From positions 27,456-91,455 of IMG/VR virus record IMGVR_UViG_3300025012_000054: a stretch of DNA of 64,000 nucleotides; one strand, written 5' to 3'. Each line of letters begins with the position of its first letter. Position 1 is the first letter of the stretch. Under the pieces are notes generated by a model, which saw only the letters and a list, made by a program, of their open reading frames with translations, had not been told where the DNA came from and ran no database searches. Made by a program: the position numbers and the translations under genes. Below are positions 36,930 to 47,613 of the stretch, one piece after another. This DNA comes from a virus.

Positions 36930-38629
36930 AAGAATTATTTCCAAATGTAAGACCCATTTCTAAAACGGCACAAAATATTTTACAAAAACGATATTTTAAT
37001 GCTGTACTAAATGAAACCAAATGGGAACAAATTGCCGACAGATCTGTTGATAATATTATCGACGAAGAAGGAGAGGATAAAGAAACCCTGCGGGAAATTA
37101 TCAGAAACACATACTTTGTCCCTAATTCTCCATGTCTTGTAAATGCGGGTAAACAGGGCGCGGGATTATCGGCTTGTTACGTTGTTGATTTTCCAGATAC
37201 GATTGAAGGAATATTTAAAACAAAATTAGACTTTGCTCTTATCGCCAGAAAAGGCGGAGGATGTGGAACATCCCTCAGCAAGATTAGACCAGAGGGAGAA
37301 ACGGTACACGGTAGCACTCATGGTTACGCAGGTGGCCCAATAAAATTTGCTAATACAATTTCGCATGATGCCGATGCTCTTACCCAAGCGGGGTTTCGAA
37401 GTATGGCTATCATGTTTACAATGGGTGTAAGACATCCAGATATTATTAAGTTTATTACCGCCAAAGAAGAGGAGGGCGTTATTGCCAATGCTAATATGTC
37501 AGTTATGGTGGACGATGATTTTATGACCGCCGTAGAAAATGACGATACATATTGGACAGAATTTAATGGTAAAAAATATCAAGAGTATAAAGCCAAAGAT
37601 GTTTTTAATTTGATGGTAGAAGGTGCTTGGCGCAACGGAGAACCTGGGATTCTATTTCGCGATCGAATTGACCAATCACCATATAAAGAAGTTGGGCAAG
37701 AAATATTTTCCACAAATCCTTGTAGCGAACAGCCCCTTCCACCTAAAGGTGTTTGCAATTTAGGATCAATTGATTTATCGAAATTACTTACAAAAAATAA
37801 ACAATTAGATTGGGAAAAACTATCACTTGTCGTAAGACTTGCAGTACGGTTTTTAGACAGTGTAATTGATAAGACCGCATATCCTACTGAAGAAATTAGG
37901 GATTGGAGCCTATCCAACCGTCCCATTGGCGCAGGCATTATGGGTTATGCCGATTATTTACTGATGAAACAAATTCCCTATGGATCTCAAGAAGCACTAA
38001 GTGAACTAGAAAACATCATGGCGTTTATCCACGATAAAGCGGAAGAAGAATCCATTCGCCTTGGTCAAGAATTGGGTATTCCAGAAGAGTGTAAAAAACT
38101 ATCCGTTCCACGGAGAAACATTACTCTTTTAACCGTTGCTCCTACGGGAACAATAAGCCTTATTGCTGGATGCTCATCCGGTATTGAACCAGTGTTCAGT
38201 GAAATAACCATTCGGAATGATAAAACAGGCACGTATACTTTTGAAAACGATCTTGCCGATAAACCATATTTTAGATGTGCGGTATCTTCAAATGGCGCAA
38301 CTGAAGTCACATGGGAAGAACATATTAAAACGCTTGTGTCTGCACAAAAACATGTGGATAGTGGCGTCAGCAAAACCATCAATTTTCCCACTCATACCCA
38401 TAAAGAAACCATGGCTAAGGCAATTATCATGGCGTGGAAAGAAGGTTGCAAAGGTGTTGCTATGTATAGGAACGGTAGTCGCAAGACCGAAGTTCTATCC
38501 CCCAAGAATTTGAAAAAAGATAAATGCCCAATTTGCGGTAACGATATGGTTGTAATAGATGAAAAGAAAAAATGTCTTGTCTGTACTAAAGACGTGGTTC
38601 TTGGAAAATTTACCACATCATACGATTAA
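36926..38629 (+). CDS. nrdJ: Ribonucleotide reductase, class II (adenosylcobalamin-dependent)
   Basis: PNSPCL.NAG, SACY, GEPG, TNPCSEQPL, CNLGS, APTGTIS, SKTIN; no beta subunit nearby. Confidence 0.88.
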   Translation: MKELFPNVRPISKTAQNILQKRYFNAVLNETKWEQIADRSVDNIIDEEGEDKETLREIIRNTYFVPNSPCLVNAGKQGAGLSACYVVDFPDTIEGIFKTKLDFALIARKGGGCGTSLSKIRPEGETVHGSTHGYAGGPIKFANTISHDADALTQAGFRSMAIMFTMGVRHPDIIKFITAKEEEGVIANANMSVMVDDDFMTAVENDDTYWTEFNGKKYQEYKAKDVFNLMVEGAWRNGEPGILFRDRIDQSPYKEVGQEIFSTNPCSEQPLPPKGVCNLGSIDLSKLLTKNKQLDWEKLSLVVRLAVRFLDSVIDKTAYPTEEIRDWSLSNRPIGAGIMGYADYLLMKQIPYGSQEALSELENIMAFIHDKAEEESIRLGQELGIPEECKKLSVPRRNITLLTVAPTGTISLIAGCSSGIEPVFSEITIRNDKTGTYTFENDLADKPYFRCAVSSNGATEVTWEEHIKTLVSAQKHVDSGVSKTINFPTHTHKETMAKAIIMAWKEGCKGVAMYRNGSRKTEVLSPKNLKKDKCPICGNDMVVIDEKKKCLVCTKDVVLGKFTTSYD

Positions 38630-38637
38630 GGATAACT

Positions 38638-38991
38638 ATGGATTTTAAAACATATCAGGAATTATCGGCACGTACTGGCGCTCGTTTAGCCAACAAACAA
38701 TTAGATAATATTCACATGGCTATGGGTATGAGTACAGAAGCAGGAGAACTACTAGATGTTTTTAAAAAAGAACTTGCTTATGGAAAAGAACCTGATTGGG
38801 TAAATGTCGAAGAAGAGATTGGGGACGAAATGTGGTATATTGCTGGGTTATGCACTATAAACAATTTAAACTTTGATAAGATATTGGAAAAAAATGTTCA
38901 AAAACTTAGAATTCGTTATCCCGAACTTTTTACCGAAGAAGATGCGAATAACAGAAAGCTTGACATTGAAAGAAATATTTTAGAACAATAA
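38638..38991 (+). CDS. MazG-like nucleotide pyrophosphohydrolase
   Basis: EAGE..D..KK, EEIGD..WY, N..KL..RYP. Confidence 0.88.
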   Translation: MDFKTYQELSARTGARLANKQLDNIHMAMGMSTEAGELLDVFKKELAYGKEPDWVNVEEEIGDEMWYIAGLCTINNLNFDKILEKNVQKLRIRYPELFTEEDANNRKLDIERNILEQ

Positions 38992-39007
38992 TAAAACAGC
39001 GATAAAA

Positions 39008-39041
39008 AAATAGGGTATACCTTTTACAGTATACCCTATTT
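39008..39041. terminator. Bidirectional terminator between the convergent arms
   Basis: AAATAGGGTATAC/GTATACCCTATTT 13-bp stem. Confidence 0.85.
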
Positions 39042-39043
39042 GA

Positions 39044-40588
39044 TTACTTAATATCTGGATGTTCCAGTTTAAGCCTTGCTATTTTTTCGTCGATATTCAT
39101 ATCCGCCCATAATTTTTCACCAGGAACCACAACGGGAGGAGGTGTAGGTAAAGGAATTTTCAGCATATAACCGCTGTAATTACTTACCCACCTATCAAGA
39201 GTTGCGTCTATCTTCCACCAGCCTGTGACAACATCTACTTTATAAACACTGACGGTTTGGTTCAACACAAGGTCGCCCATGTCGGCGTAGTGAATGCCTG
39301 CACCTGCACGAATATTTAAACTGCTAACAAGGCATTTGCCATGGAACAGCACAACCGGTGTAGGAACGGATTGCCAGCCCACGAGATAGGGCATGGGGTC
39401 AATCGCTCCAAGGTATCCACCAGGCGTATTAGATCCACCACTAGTAGGACGGATTTCAAAATGCAAGTGTGCCCCAGTGGAGAACCCGCATCCAGGATCA
39501 TTGGTGGCACCACCGCTTAAACCAATTTCTTGTTTGGCTTTAACAATGTCGCCAACAGCACATCCTAACTTAGAAAGATGCCCGTATATCAAAATACCGT
39601 CTTTTGTTTGAATTCTAACGTGCCTGCCATAACCGGTTTGACCCTGTAGCATATCCGCACGTATGACTTCTCCGTCTTGAGCCGCATACAGTTTTGTACC
39701 GACAGGACAAGCCCAATCAACGCCGTTATGCCCCTGACTTGCTGGATACCAGTTGGGATTTTCGCCAAACTTTTGGCTAATCCTAATGCCTTCTGGCAGA
39801 GGATAATATAAAATCATCTTTGCTCCTTCTTTTAATTTGTCCCAAGTTATAACTGGGTTTACTTCTATATTCAAATCTAATTCCGATAATCTCGTCTTAG
39901 CGACGTCGGAATATACACCTTTTGCCTTGAACCTGTCACCACTGAATTGGAAAAACACCACCTTATCTAAAGGATAATTTAGTGGCAGCGTAGGTATTTT
40001 CTTACCAACGGGAGCTATGGTTTCAAGATATTCCCACGTCTTCTCTCCTGCCGTTATTCCCTGTACCAACGTATAATCCGACCAATGTGTATATTTATCC
40101 CGCAGATATTCAAACCCTTGAGGACAATATGCTTGCAAAAACCAATTGGCTGTATATACGACGATATTATAAGGAGAATTTTTTTCCACGTATTCATATA
40201 CTGTTTTGAAATGTGTAAAGATTTTATCCGCTGAAACCCTTGGAACTTGTGATTGGCTGATTTGTTTATTATTCCATTGCTGCCACTTATCCCAATCCGC
40301 CCACCAATGTTCCCAATCCAGTTCGATAAAAGCAATATCTTTTCCTTTTATGGCGTCCAAAAAAAACCGTGCTTGTTGCGTGGCATCATAAATTGGATCA
40401 ACCCAAAAAAAAGGAGCTATTGAAAAATGATTGGCTACACCTCCGGCATAATGTTCTTCAAACTTATCATCTTTGAAAAGACTGCCACTGGCAGCCTTTA
40501 AAATCATTTTATTCTGCCCCTTGGTTTTCAGATAGGCAAAATCGATATATTGCTGATAATGACTATTATCCTGAAAAAGAATACTCAT
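39044..40588 (-). CDS. Endolysin: GH25 muramidase + M23 peptidase + SH3-like domain
   Basis: D.SHYQ, LDWE, YT..WF, FQFS (GH25); HNGVD, YGHL, STGAHLHFE (M23); LNIRAGAG (SH3b). Confidence 0.88.
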   Translation of the reverse strand: MSILFQDNSHYQQYIDFAYLKTKGQNKMILKAASGSLFKDDKFEEHYAGGVANHFSIAPFFWVDPIYDATQQARFFLDAIKGKDIAFIELDWEHWWADWDKWQQWNNKQISQSQVPRVSADKIFTHFKTVYEYVEKNSPYNIVVYTANWFLQAYCPQGFEYLRDKYTHWSDYTLVQGITAGEKTWEYLETIAPVGKKIPTLPLNYPLDKVVFFQFSGDRFKAKGVYSDVAKTRLSELDLNIEVNPVITWDKLKEGAKMILYYPLPEGIRISQKFGENPNWYPASQGHNGVDWACPVGTKLYAAQDGEVIRADMLQGQTGYGRHVRIQTKDGILIYGHLSKLGCAVGDIVKAKQEIGLSGGATNDPGCGFSTGAHLHFEIRPTSGGSNTPGGYLGAIDPMPYLVGWQSVPTPVVLFHGKCLVSSLNIRAGAGIHYADMGDLVLNQTVSVYKVDVVTGWWKIDATLDRWVSNYSGYMLKIPLPTPPPVVVPGEKLWADMNIDEKIARLKLEHPDIK

Positions 40589-40632
40589 TGACTTCCTTTC
40601 GATATTTTGTATGGCACATCTTGGTTAAAACC

Positions 40633-40660
40633 AAGGGTAGCCCACACAGGTACTACCCTT
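40633..40660. terminator. Hairpin / probable terminator
   Basis: AAGGGTAG/CTACCCTT stem. Confidence 0.5.
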
Positions 40661-40667
40661 TTACCAC

Positions 40668-40685
40668 ATGAAATTACTCTTTTAT
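40668..40685. repeat. Isolated ATRAAA-N6-TTTYAT site
   Basis: ATGAAA-TTACTC-TTTTAT, 6 bp past the stop of 40692..41312. Confidence 0.8.
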
Positions 40686-40691
40686 TATGTT

Positions 40692-41312
40692 CTAGAAAAA
40701 CCACATCGGAACTAGTTCACTAGTCATTGTTATCGCCTGTCCTTCTGCGGGTCTAAGGACTATTCCGACGCCGGAACTATCTACTGTTCCGCCAAAGTTA
40801 AAAAGAACGTCTACCGACGTATCTGTAGATATATCATAACCTGATCCAAATTTATTATTGTTGGTGTAGATTAGCGAGCCACTTGTTACGGTGATGTTCC
40901 CCACATCGAATCGCAAACCCGCGCAAGCAAATAGATAATCTCCGCTTAGTACGCCGCTCGCACTGACGCTGTTGTTTGCTCCTGATCCGTCAGTCGTATC
41001 GTATGCGATGACCCCCGCGCCAGTATTTACGCCACTCAGGGCTACTCCTAACGCTACATAACCTCCATTTTGATTCATGGTTATATTGTATGTTCCTTCA
41101 TCTGGATTCATTAGCAGCCATATAGAGGCATAGTCTGTTGCGCCATTATAAGCAACGGCTTGCACAAAAGAAGCGCTGTTAAAAGTAATAGATGTGGGCT
41201 TTGTCAAATTAGCCCCAGCTACCATCAGCAATAGTGCTCTATTTTCTCCAGAAGTTGTTATATTGACAGTTGTGTCTACATCAACATTGGTGCCAGTAGT
41301 TATTATTGCCAT
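40692..41312 (-). CDS. Virion/tail-associated beta-rich protein
   Basis: Position in the tail module; G/S/T/V-rich. Confidence 0.55.
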   Translation of the reverse strand: MAIITTGTNVDVDTTVNITTSGENRALLLMVAGANLTKPTSITFNSASFVQAVAYNGATDYASIWLLMNPDEGTYNITMNQNGGYVALGVALSGVNTGAGVIAYDTTDGSGANNSVSASGVLSGDYLFACAGLRFDVGNITVTSGSLIYTNNNKFGSGYDISTDTSVDVLFNFGGTVDSSGVGIVLRPAEGQAITMTSELVPMWFF

Positions 41313-41323
41313 AGTCTATCTCC

Positions 41324-42079
41324 TCACGGTAAGTTCTGGAAAGTTAGACCAATAGATGAGCCTTTGACCCCCGTACCACATAGGGATGAACCCGAACTCA
41401 TTGCCCAAATCTTCCATCCGCTATATACAGTTTGATAGGATGTATCTATAACCGCAGAAACACTTCCTGTTCCGCTGCCATTGTAAAAACTTCCTTCACC
41501 TATCACCGGATTGACGGTCAACATGGTCTGACTAGCACTAGCCGATTGTTCCGCACTAGATTTTACCGAAAATGCAGGGCTTCCACTCGTGCTCGAAGCA
41601 CTGCAATAAGCGTCTACGGCAATAAGTTTCCAGCCATTCATGCTCCCCGGAATTGGAACATAATTGCTTTCCGTTCCAACCAAAGAGGCGCTGGCATTCA
41701 AAGGGATAATTACAGTTCTTTTTCCGTAATCACTAGACGCCAAGGCGCTTGCGGATATCACCAAGGTGTCAGAAGATCCAGATGTAACGTGGGCAGATGT
41801 GGCATAATTTAAATCCATCCTGACGGCTGACGCGCTGCTGTCTTGAACCAGAGTATTGCCACTTCCAGAAGTTATCATCCACTCGTTAGTCAAAGTGGAA
41901 TTCAAGGCTAGTACGACATAACTTCCTGATTTTATCGCTCCAGCAAAAGTATCTATTTTTTGCAGATTAGATGTTGCGCTAGAACCCGAAGACACATCGA
42001 CATATTCTGAAAACACCGTGCTGGCATTTGTTACAGTGCTATAAGTTGTTAAACCCAAGTTAGTTGTAGATGTTGTCAT
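41324..42079 (-). CDS. Tail fibre/baseplate-associated protein (Ser-rich)
   Basis: Shares N-terminal TTNLGLTTYST...SNL..ID.FAG with 42110..42685. Confidence 0.6.
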   Translation of the reverse strand: MTTSTTNLGLTTYSTVTNASTVFSEYVDVSSGSSATSNLQKIDTFAGAIKSGSYVVLALNSTLTNEWMITSGSGNTLVQDSSASAVRMDLNYATSAHVTSGSSDTLVISASALASSDYGKRTVIIPLNASASLVGTESNYVPIPGSMNGWKLIAVDAYCSASSTSGSPAFSVKSSAEQSASASQTMLTVNPVIGEGSFYNGSGTGSVSAVIDTSYQTVYSGWKIWAMSSGSSLCGTGVKGSSIGLTFQNLP

Positions 42080-42109
42080 TTGTTATTCCTTTTGTAGTTG
42101 ATATTCGTG

Positions 42110-42685
42110 TTATTCATATCCCCACTCCAATACTATTTGTAAGCCCTGTGCTCTCGTAACGGATTCAGTTACGGCATATATCTTTATCTGATCGTCTGTG
42201 CTGACGTCATCATAATCTGTGTCTACTGTGCCAACGGTTCCCGCAACATCTCCACTGGCGATACTAATCGCTGTGCTCAAGGCGTCATTACTGGAATACT
42301 GTGTCATATTCCTGACTTGAATCGTTGTGGCATTAGTTGTACCGGCGGTATTTACAAACCCCTGTGCTCGTTTTAAAACCATTCCGTTGATTTCCGATGG
42401 TGCGCGGAAGTAAAAAATACCGCTGCTGGTATCTACATCTGTGGTAGATCCTACGATTTGAATAACCGCGGAGTGATTGTTGCTGGTTTTGGTTTCAACC
42501 GCAACAAGACTGGCGCTGATATCTGTAAGGCTGGCACTGGTGTTTCCGGCGAAGGCGTCAATAATAGATAGATTGGATGTGACAACGCTTCCAGATACCT
42601 GGTCGATATAATCATAAATCAGCACCGATGACGCATCTGTTATTGTACTATATGTAGTTAGTCCTAAATTAGTTGTTGTTCCCAT
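42110..42685 (-). CDS. Tail fibre/baseplate-associated protein
   Basis: N-terminus paralogous with 41324..42079. Confidence 0.6.
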   Translation of the reverse strand: MGTTTNLGLTTYSTITDASSVLIYDYIDQVSGSVVTSNLSIIDAFAGNTSASLTDISASLVAVETKTSNNHSAVIQIVGSTTDVDTSSGIFYFRAPSEINGMVLKRAQGFVNTAGTTNATTIQVRNMTQYSSNDALSTAISIASGDVAGTVGTVDTDYDDVSTDDQIKIYAVTESVTRAQGLQIVLEWGYE

Positions 42686-42698
42686 TTATATCACTCCT

Positions 42699-43067
42699 TT
42701 ATGTACCTATTTGGGGAATGAATGTCATAAGCCCCTGTCCCATGCGAAATTCGTAACCGGGATTGCTCACAATTACGGGCTGATGCACATATTTTCCGCT
42801 GAGTCCACTGGTATCGGTGCTGTACAAATAAACAATGAATCTGTTTTTCGCCACCACGTCGGTTTGAAACACTCCCGATTTTGTCAGGGTTACGGAACTA
42901 GGCTGTCCGTATGGGCACAACAACCACGTGTAAGTAAAGCTACTGATATCCACGGCGTTGCCATCGGCATCAAATACGTCAAATGGTAATTCCAGATATG
43001 TTCCGGCGATATAAGATTGCTCCAGCAATGAATTTATTGAAAGATTGGCAAATGTACTTGTTGTCAT
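42699..43067 (-). CDS. Baseplate upper (BppU-N-like) protein
   Basis: IAG...L.F...D.S...W.L.PY, DT..L.GKY; paralog of 43454..43807. Confidence 0.55.
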   Translation of the reverse strand: MTTSTFANLSINSLLEQSYIAGTYLELPFDVFDADGNAVDISSFTYTWLLCPYGQPSSVTLTKSGVFQTDVVAKNRFIVYLYSTDTSGLSGKYVHQPVIVSNPGYEFRMGQGLMTFIPQIGT

Positions 43068-43100
43068 TTATTCTCCTTTGAGATTTTTTCACATCGTCGG

Positions 43101-43454
43101 TTATCCCACATACATCACCGACAATTCATTCAATGTTTCTGGAGCCATTTCGCCCAAAGTTGAAGCGCTGTGATTTCCAAGTGTTAGTCCCAGATAATAA
43201 TTAGATACGGTGATTTCATTATATTCATCCACACCCGTAGACAGATGTGAGTTGTTGTTAAGCGTGAGACTAAAAACGTAAGGGGGATTATGATAATCTG
43301 CACTTACGCCCACGTCTTCAAGACTTGAAGCCGAAACATCGGAGATATAAGATCCTGAAAACAACGACAGGTAGGCTCCGCTCTGATACGCATATAATGT
43401 CAATCGCATAGGACTGGCAGAAGTAACATAGGTAAGACTGATTGCTGTTGTCAT
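43101..43454 (-). CDS. Virion structural protein, hypothetical
   Basis: Position in the tail module. Confidence 0.5.
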   Translation of the reverse strand: MTTAISLTYVTSASPMRLTLYAYQSGAYLSLFSGSYISDVSASSLEDVGVSADYHNPPYVFSLTLNNNSHLSTGVDEYNEITVSNYYLGLTLGNHSASTLGEMAPETLNELSVMYVG

Positions 43455-43807
43455 TACGTCCTCCCTATTGCCGCGGTTATATTAACAACACCCTGTCCGA
43501 GTTCGTAGTTATATCCGCTGACACCTGTTAAAAGAGTTGCCCTTTGCATATATTTTCCCGCTAAATTAATAGTATCGGTACTCAGTAATGGTATAAGCGC
43601 GTATCCGCTGCAACAATCAACAGACTTAGACAACACGATATATTCTGGGCGATTATAAGGATAGAGTACCCAAGATACGGATACCGTAGAAACATCTATA
43701 ACCGCACATGCGGAAGTAAACAGATAAAAGTAGAGTTCCTTATATGAACCGGCGATAAAATCAACTTCGGCGAGGCTGTTAACCACGACTCTGGTAAAAG
43801 TATTCAT
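43454..43807 (-). CDS. Baseplate upper (BppU-N-like) protein
   Basis: Paralog of 42699..43067. Confidence 0.55.
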   Translation of the reverse strand: MNTFTRVVVNSLAEVDFIAGSYKELYFYLFTSACAVIDVSTVSVSWVLYPYNRPEYIVLSKSVDCCSGYALIPLLSTDTINLAGKYMQRATLLTGVSGYNYELGQGVVNITAAIGRT

Positions 43808-43824
43808 AATTTATGCCATCCCTT

Positions 43825-45954
43825 CTAGTTGATTAGATATTGCCCGTTGATATATATTTTGGTGGTAGCCGCACCCAAGGTGCTTGCAACTACTGCCGCC
43901 AGACCCGTAGCCGTTCCTTCTTTATACAAATTCATGACGTTGCTGTTATTTGCCAGAACGCCACAAACGGCATAATATCCGGCTCCAAGCGTGATGTTTT
44001 CATATGTAACTCTAAGGGTGGAAGATAAATTCGCAAGATCTTTATGAAGAACCGGCATCATTACAGCCACGCCATTAGTTGTTGTTCCACTGACTCCGCT
44101 CAAAGACAGCGATAATTCAAAGAATAAAAATCTGCCGATGATACCATATCTTCCCACCTGATAGTTGTAGGTAAAAGTAGCACCTGTGGAAACCAGATAT
44201 GGCGTAAAAGCAGTAGGTGGCAAATACATGGCACCGACATCCGCTATAGCCGTACCCGTAAGACTGGAGAAAACAGCGAGGTTGCTGCTGCCGGAGGTAC
44301 TCGTGGATACCACGATATTATTTCCTACCCCAATTACGGTATTATAAGAACTGCTAACAGAATTCCATTTTTGAGAATTAAATTTTGTCGTAATTCCCGC
44401 ATCTATGGTTTCACCCTGCATATCGCTATATTGGAACTGACTATCATCCAGTCTCAGGCGGTTACTAAGCAGTAGTTGAAATTGTGTGGGATCGTCGTAA
44501 CTAAAATCTATGCCTAAAAGTGCCGCCACGGTGGAAACCGTAGGACTCAATTCAACCGTTATTGTGCAGCCCAAAGATATCTGCGCAATAAATGGTTCAA
44601 AATCTTTGATAAAAAGAAAATTAGCTGCATCTATTTCAAAACTATATCGGGGTTGAGAAAGTTTTACCAAAACAGTTTCTGCGAGATCATAGAGTTCCTG
44701 TGAAACATTTTGCACGTCTACCTCTGTCATCAAACTGGTTTGAATAAATGTGGTGTTGGTATACGTGCTTCCTATTATAAAGTTATTCAGACTCGTTAGC
44801 TGTGACGCGGTGAAATTATTTTCGAACAGCAAGCTGGTGTTAATAGCAGATAGTTGTGCACTGATACCGGCGATAATTCCTTCTTCTGTACTGATTTCCA
44901 CCTCTTTATCAACAATCTCTGCTTCCACTACGACGATGCTGCCACTGATTTCCGTGATATCCAAGCCCTGTTGAACCCTTGCATCTTTTACCACGACAAG
45001 TGCTGAAAGTTGTCCCTCCAGTGTTACCAAGTCGGAATTCAGGGTAATAAGTGCAGCGTTTTCTATACGCAGACCCGTTAATAGGTTCGCATATATAGGC
45101 TGTTGCTCCTCCACACTGGCTTCCCAGACATCGAGGGCATCAATTAGAGATTGTTGCATCCACGCGGTATCTTTATAATAATCGAAATTATATATCGTAT
45201 TTGTACCAATGGGATTAACTAGGTTGATAGCCATGTCTTCACCACCTAAAACATTTAATGCCGTTACTAATTCATTAGTGGATTCATCCTTGGTGAAGCT
45301 ATTCATAAGGTTGTCAAATGATATAAAGACATCCGTTGGGACTGTGGCATTATCTACTGTTTTCGCCGTTATGGTTTTATTGATGGTATCAAATACAAAT
45401 ATGCATTGAAACGTCTGACTGACATCATTTATCATGAAGTCATATAGGGTTTTATCCGTTACGTCAAAACTACGAGTGACGTTCTTCAATGCGGCGTCTA
45501 CACCGGCAAGCGTCCATCCGGGAATGTAAGCCATGAGTTCCGACATAAGGTTTTTAGTCGAAACTCCTGAACCGCTGAGGATGTTATTAAATGTATATGT
45601 GCCGCTGAATAAACTCAACTTCTTATAGGATAATATGACTTCCATGGATTGACACGTTATTTTCTTCTGTTCCACACCACCATTATTTTCTATTTTTACA
45701 TCGGTTATCATAAAATTAGCTACGCCGTCGACAAAAACAAGGCGACGATATTCGAGGCTGTCGTAATAATCGCTGTTTACTCCGTCTACTTGGGATGGAG
45801 CGGTAAAGGTTAGAGTAGAAAGGGTGTTATAACGTAATTCCAGGTTTCTGTCAAAAATAGTACCGAGATTATACAACACCGTCTCATCGGGATTGCATAA
45901 GGTAAAAACAGGAGTCTCTACCTGATTGTAGACATCAAATGATGTAATTGCCAT
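43825..45954 (-). CDS. Tail-associated (Tal/baseplate hub) protein
   Basis: Follows Dit; hub-like N-terminus, VNPIGTNTIYNFDYY, central coiled coil. Confidence 0.75.
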   Translation of the reverse strand: MAITSFDVYNQVETPVFTLCNPDETVLYNLGTIFDRNLELRYNTLSTLTFTAPSQVDGVNSDYYDSLEYRRLVFVDGVANFMITDVKIENNGGVEQKKITCQSMEVILSYKKLSLFSGTYTFNNILSGSGVSTKNLMSELMAYIPGWTLAGVDAALKNVTRSFDVTDKTLYDFMINDVSQTFQCIFVFDTINKTITAKTVDNATVPTDVFISFDNLMNSFTKDESTNELVTALNVLGGEDMAINLVNPIGTNTIYNFDYYKDTAWMQQSLIDALDVWEASVEEQQPIYANLLTGLRIENAALITLNSDLVTLEGQLSALVVVKDARVQQGLDITEISGSIVVVEAEIVDKEVEISTEEGIIAGISAQLSAINTSLLFENNFTASQLTSLNNFIIGSTYTNTTFIQTSLMTEVDVQNVSQELYDLAETVLVKLSQPRYSFEIDAANFLFIKDFEPFIAQISLGCTITVELSPTVSTVAALLGIDFSYDDPTQFQLLLSNRLRLDDSQFQYSDMQGETIDAGITTKFNSQKWNSVSSSYNTVIGVGNNIVVSTSTSGSSNLAVFSSLTGTAIADVGAMYLPPTAFTPYLVSTGATFTYNYQVGRYGIIGRFLFFELSLSLSGVSGTTTNGVAVMMPVLHKDLANLSSTLRVTYENITLGAGYYAVCGVLANNSNVMNLYKEGTATGLAAVVASTLGAATTKIYINGQYLIN

Positions 45955-45958
45955 GTTG

Positions 45959-46762
45959 TTATACCCCCACTCCACTAGCAAACACCGCATCTAAGGTGAA
46001 TTCGGTAAAATATCCGCTTAGTGTTAAAACATTAAGTCCCTGTACGGTTCTAAAAAATTTCTGATTGAATTTATTCATACGCAGTGCCGATGTGCTTGAT
46101 GTGATAATTCCTTTGTCGTTGTCTACTACTATTTGTTCCAATGGCGTCAGTCCACTAAATCGGAATTCCCGGTTGTTGTCGTTGGCGTTAATCAGCGAGA
46201 AATAATTCGTGCTGCTGCCACTGGTATCCACGGTAAAAGTAATTACGGGGTGATTATATCCCCCATATGAACTCGCGTTGAAATAATCAAATGTTTCCGT
46301 ATGCAAGCCGTTGGAATACGTTTTAGTCAAAGTAGGGGGATAAGTTATTGCCCAAGGTCTATCACATTTAGCATGTAGAGTCAGGGCATAGTTTAAATTA
46401 CCAATATATTGATGCGTTGATCGTGATAATATCACATTATATACGACATCTGCGATATCACCTTGTACGATTCTAAGTGGTAAATATGTTGATTTTCCCA
46501 GCAACCAGGTTTCAATAGCGTGGCGACTATTTCCGTCGATATGAGAAAAACTACCTACGGTGAAATCAAATTCAAGTGAACTCTGATAATATCTGCCGTA
46601 AAAATACGGTGATTCCCTACGATATAGCCATTGTTCATAAATACTGACGTCTCCGCCAGCACTGCTACCGATAAGACCAGAGGCATCAAAATTGAAGATT
46701 CTCAAATCATAGAGTTCGCTGGGAACGCCATTGAAGACAAAACTATCTCCGTAAAAACTCAT
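45959..46762 (-). CDS. Distal tail protein (Dit)
   Basis: F.FNG..S..Y.L, WL, CD.PWA, G.N.L pattern; downstream of the tape measure gene. Confidence 0.75.
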   Translation of the reverse strand: MSFYGDSFVFNGVPSELYDLRIFNFDASGLIGSSAGGDVSIYEQWLYRRESPYFYGRYYQSSLEFDFTVGSFSHIDGNSRHAIETWLLGKSTYLPLRIVQGDIADVVYNVILSRSTHQYIGNLNYALTLHAKCDRPWAITYPPTLTKTYSNGLHTETFDYFNASSYGGYNHPVITFTVDTSGSSTNYFSLINANDNNREFRFSGLTPLEQIVVDNDKGIITSSTSALRMNKFNQKFFRTVQGLNVLTLSGYFTEFTLDAVFASGVGV

Positions 46763-46780
46763 TATTGTTTTCCTCCGTTC

Positions 46781-47206
46781 TTATGTTTTCATGATATAAT
46801 ATAGTTTAACATAGGGTGGCACATTTGTTGCAGATTGTGAAGCCCCTACGGTATGCGCGTGTTCGCCACCAGTAGCAGCAGTACCGCTATATGAATGACT
46901 ATGGGGTGCGGACTTTCTGTAACTACCACTATCTCCAGATCCCGCAAGTGACCCACCTGTCTGACTATTGGTGTTGCCACTGAAACCATGGCTGTGGCCA
47001 CCACCACTCGCTAAAGAAGGAGCAGAAGAATGACTATGGACATTGCTGCCCGAAGTCGTGTTGACTTCGCCGTCACTGCTGGCTCCCATAACAAAATGGG
47101 AACGCAAATCCGGTGCGTCGTTACTGCCATCGCATAAAACCCATCCGATGGGAATACCTGCGGATGCACCGTACCAAATTGTAATTACACCTGTTGGAGT
47201 AGCCAT
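46781..47206 (-). CDS. Tail collar domain / short fibre protein with HxH motifs
   Basis: G.I..W.G...IP.GW.LCDGS...PDLR..F; HSH repeats; PPY..L.YIMK. Confidence 0.8.
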   Translation of the reverse strand: MATPTGVITIWYGASAGIPIGWVLCDGSNDAPDLRSHFVMGASSDGEVNTTSGSNVHSHSSAPSLASGGGHSHGFSGNTNSQTGGSLAGSGDSGSYRKSAPHSHSYSGTAATGGEHAHTVGASQSATNVPPYVKLYYIMKT

Positions 47207-47613
47207 TATGCCACCTTCATTATATAATATAAAAGCATGTACGGCGGCAGAGCCGTTGCAGAAGACAGGCTCGTAGAATGACTATGGGCGCCTGCGTCAG
47301 AAATATTTGCTGAGGCTCCATGACTATGGAGACCTGCGGCATATGTAATAGCACCGCCTATCGTGCTTATTCCGGTATCTGTTCCTATGCTTACTGTGGC
47401 GCTGTGCCCGTGATTACTAACGGTTGAGGATGTTGCACCTACGTGTGTGTGAGCGGTGCTACTAGCCGAAGTCGGCGTATCGCCGTCATCATATCTGCCG
47501 TAAACAAAATACCCTCGTAAATCCGGGGTGCCGTTGCTGCCATTACATAATTGCCAGTTCTCAGGAATGCTACTGCCCTGCCAAACCATGATTTGTCCTA
47601 TCGCTACTGTCAT
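47206..47613 (-). CDS. Tail collar domain / short fibre protein with HxH motifs
   Basis: Same motifs as neighbours. Confidence 0.8.
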   Translation of the reverse strand: MTVAIGQIMVWQGSSIPENWQLCNGSNGTPDLRGYFVYGRYDDGDTPTSASSTAHTHVGATSSTVSNHGHSATVSIGTDTGISTIGGAITYAAGLHSHGASANISDAGAHSHSTSLSSATALPPYMLLYYIMKVA

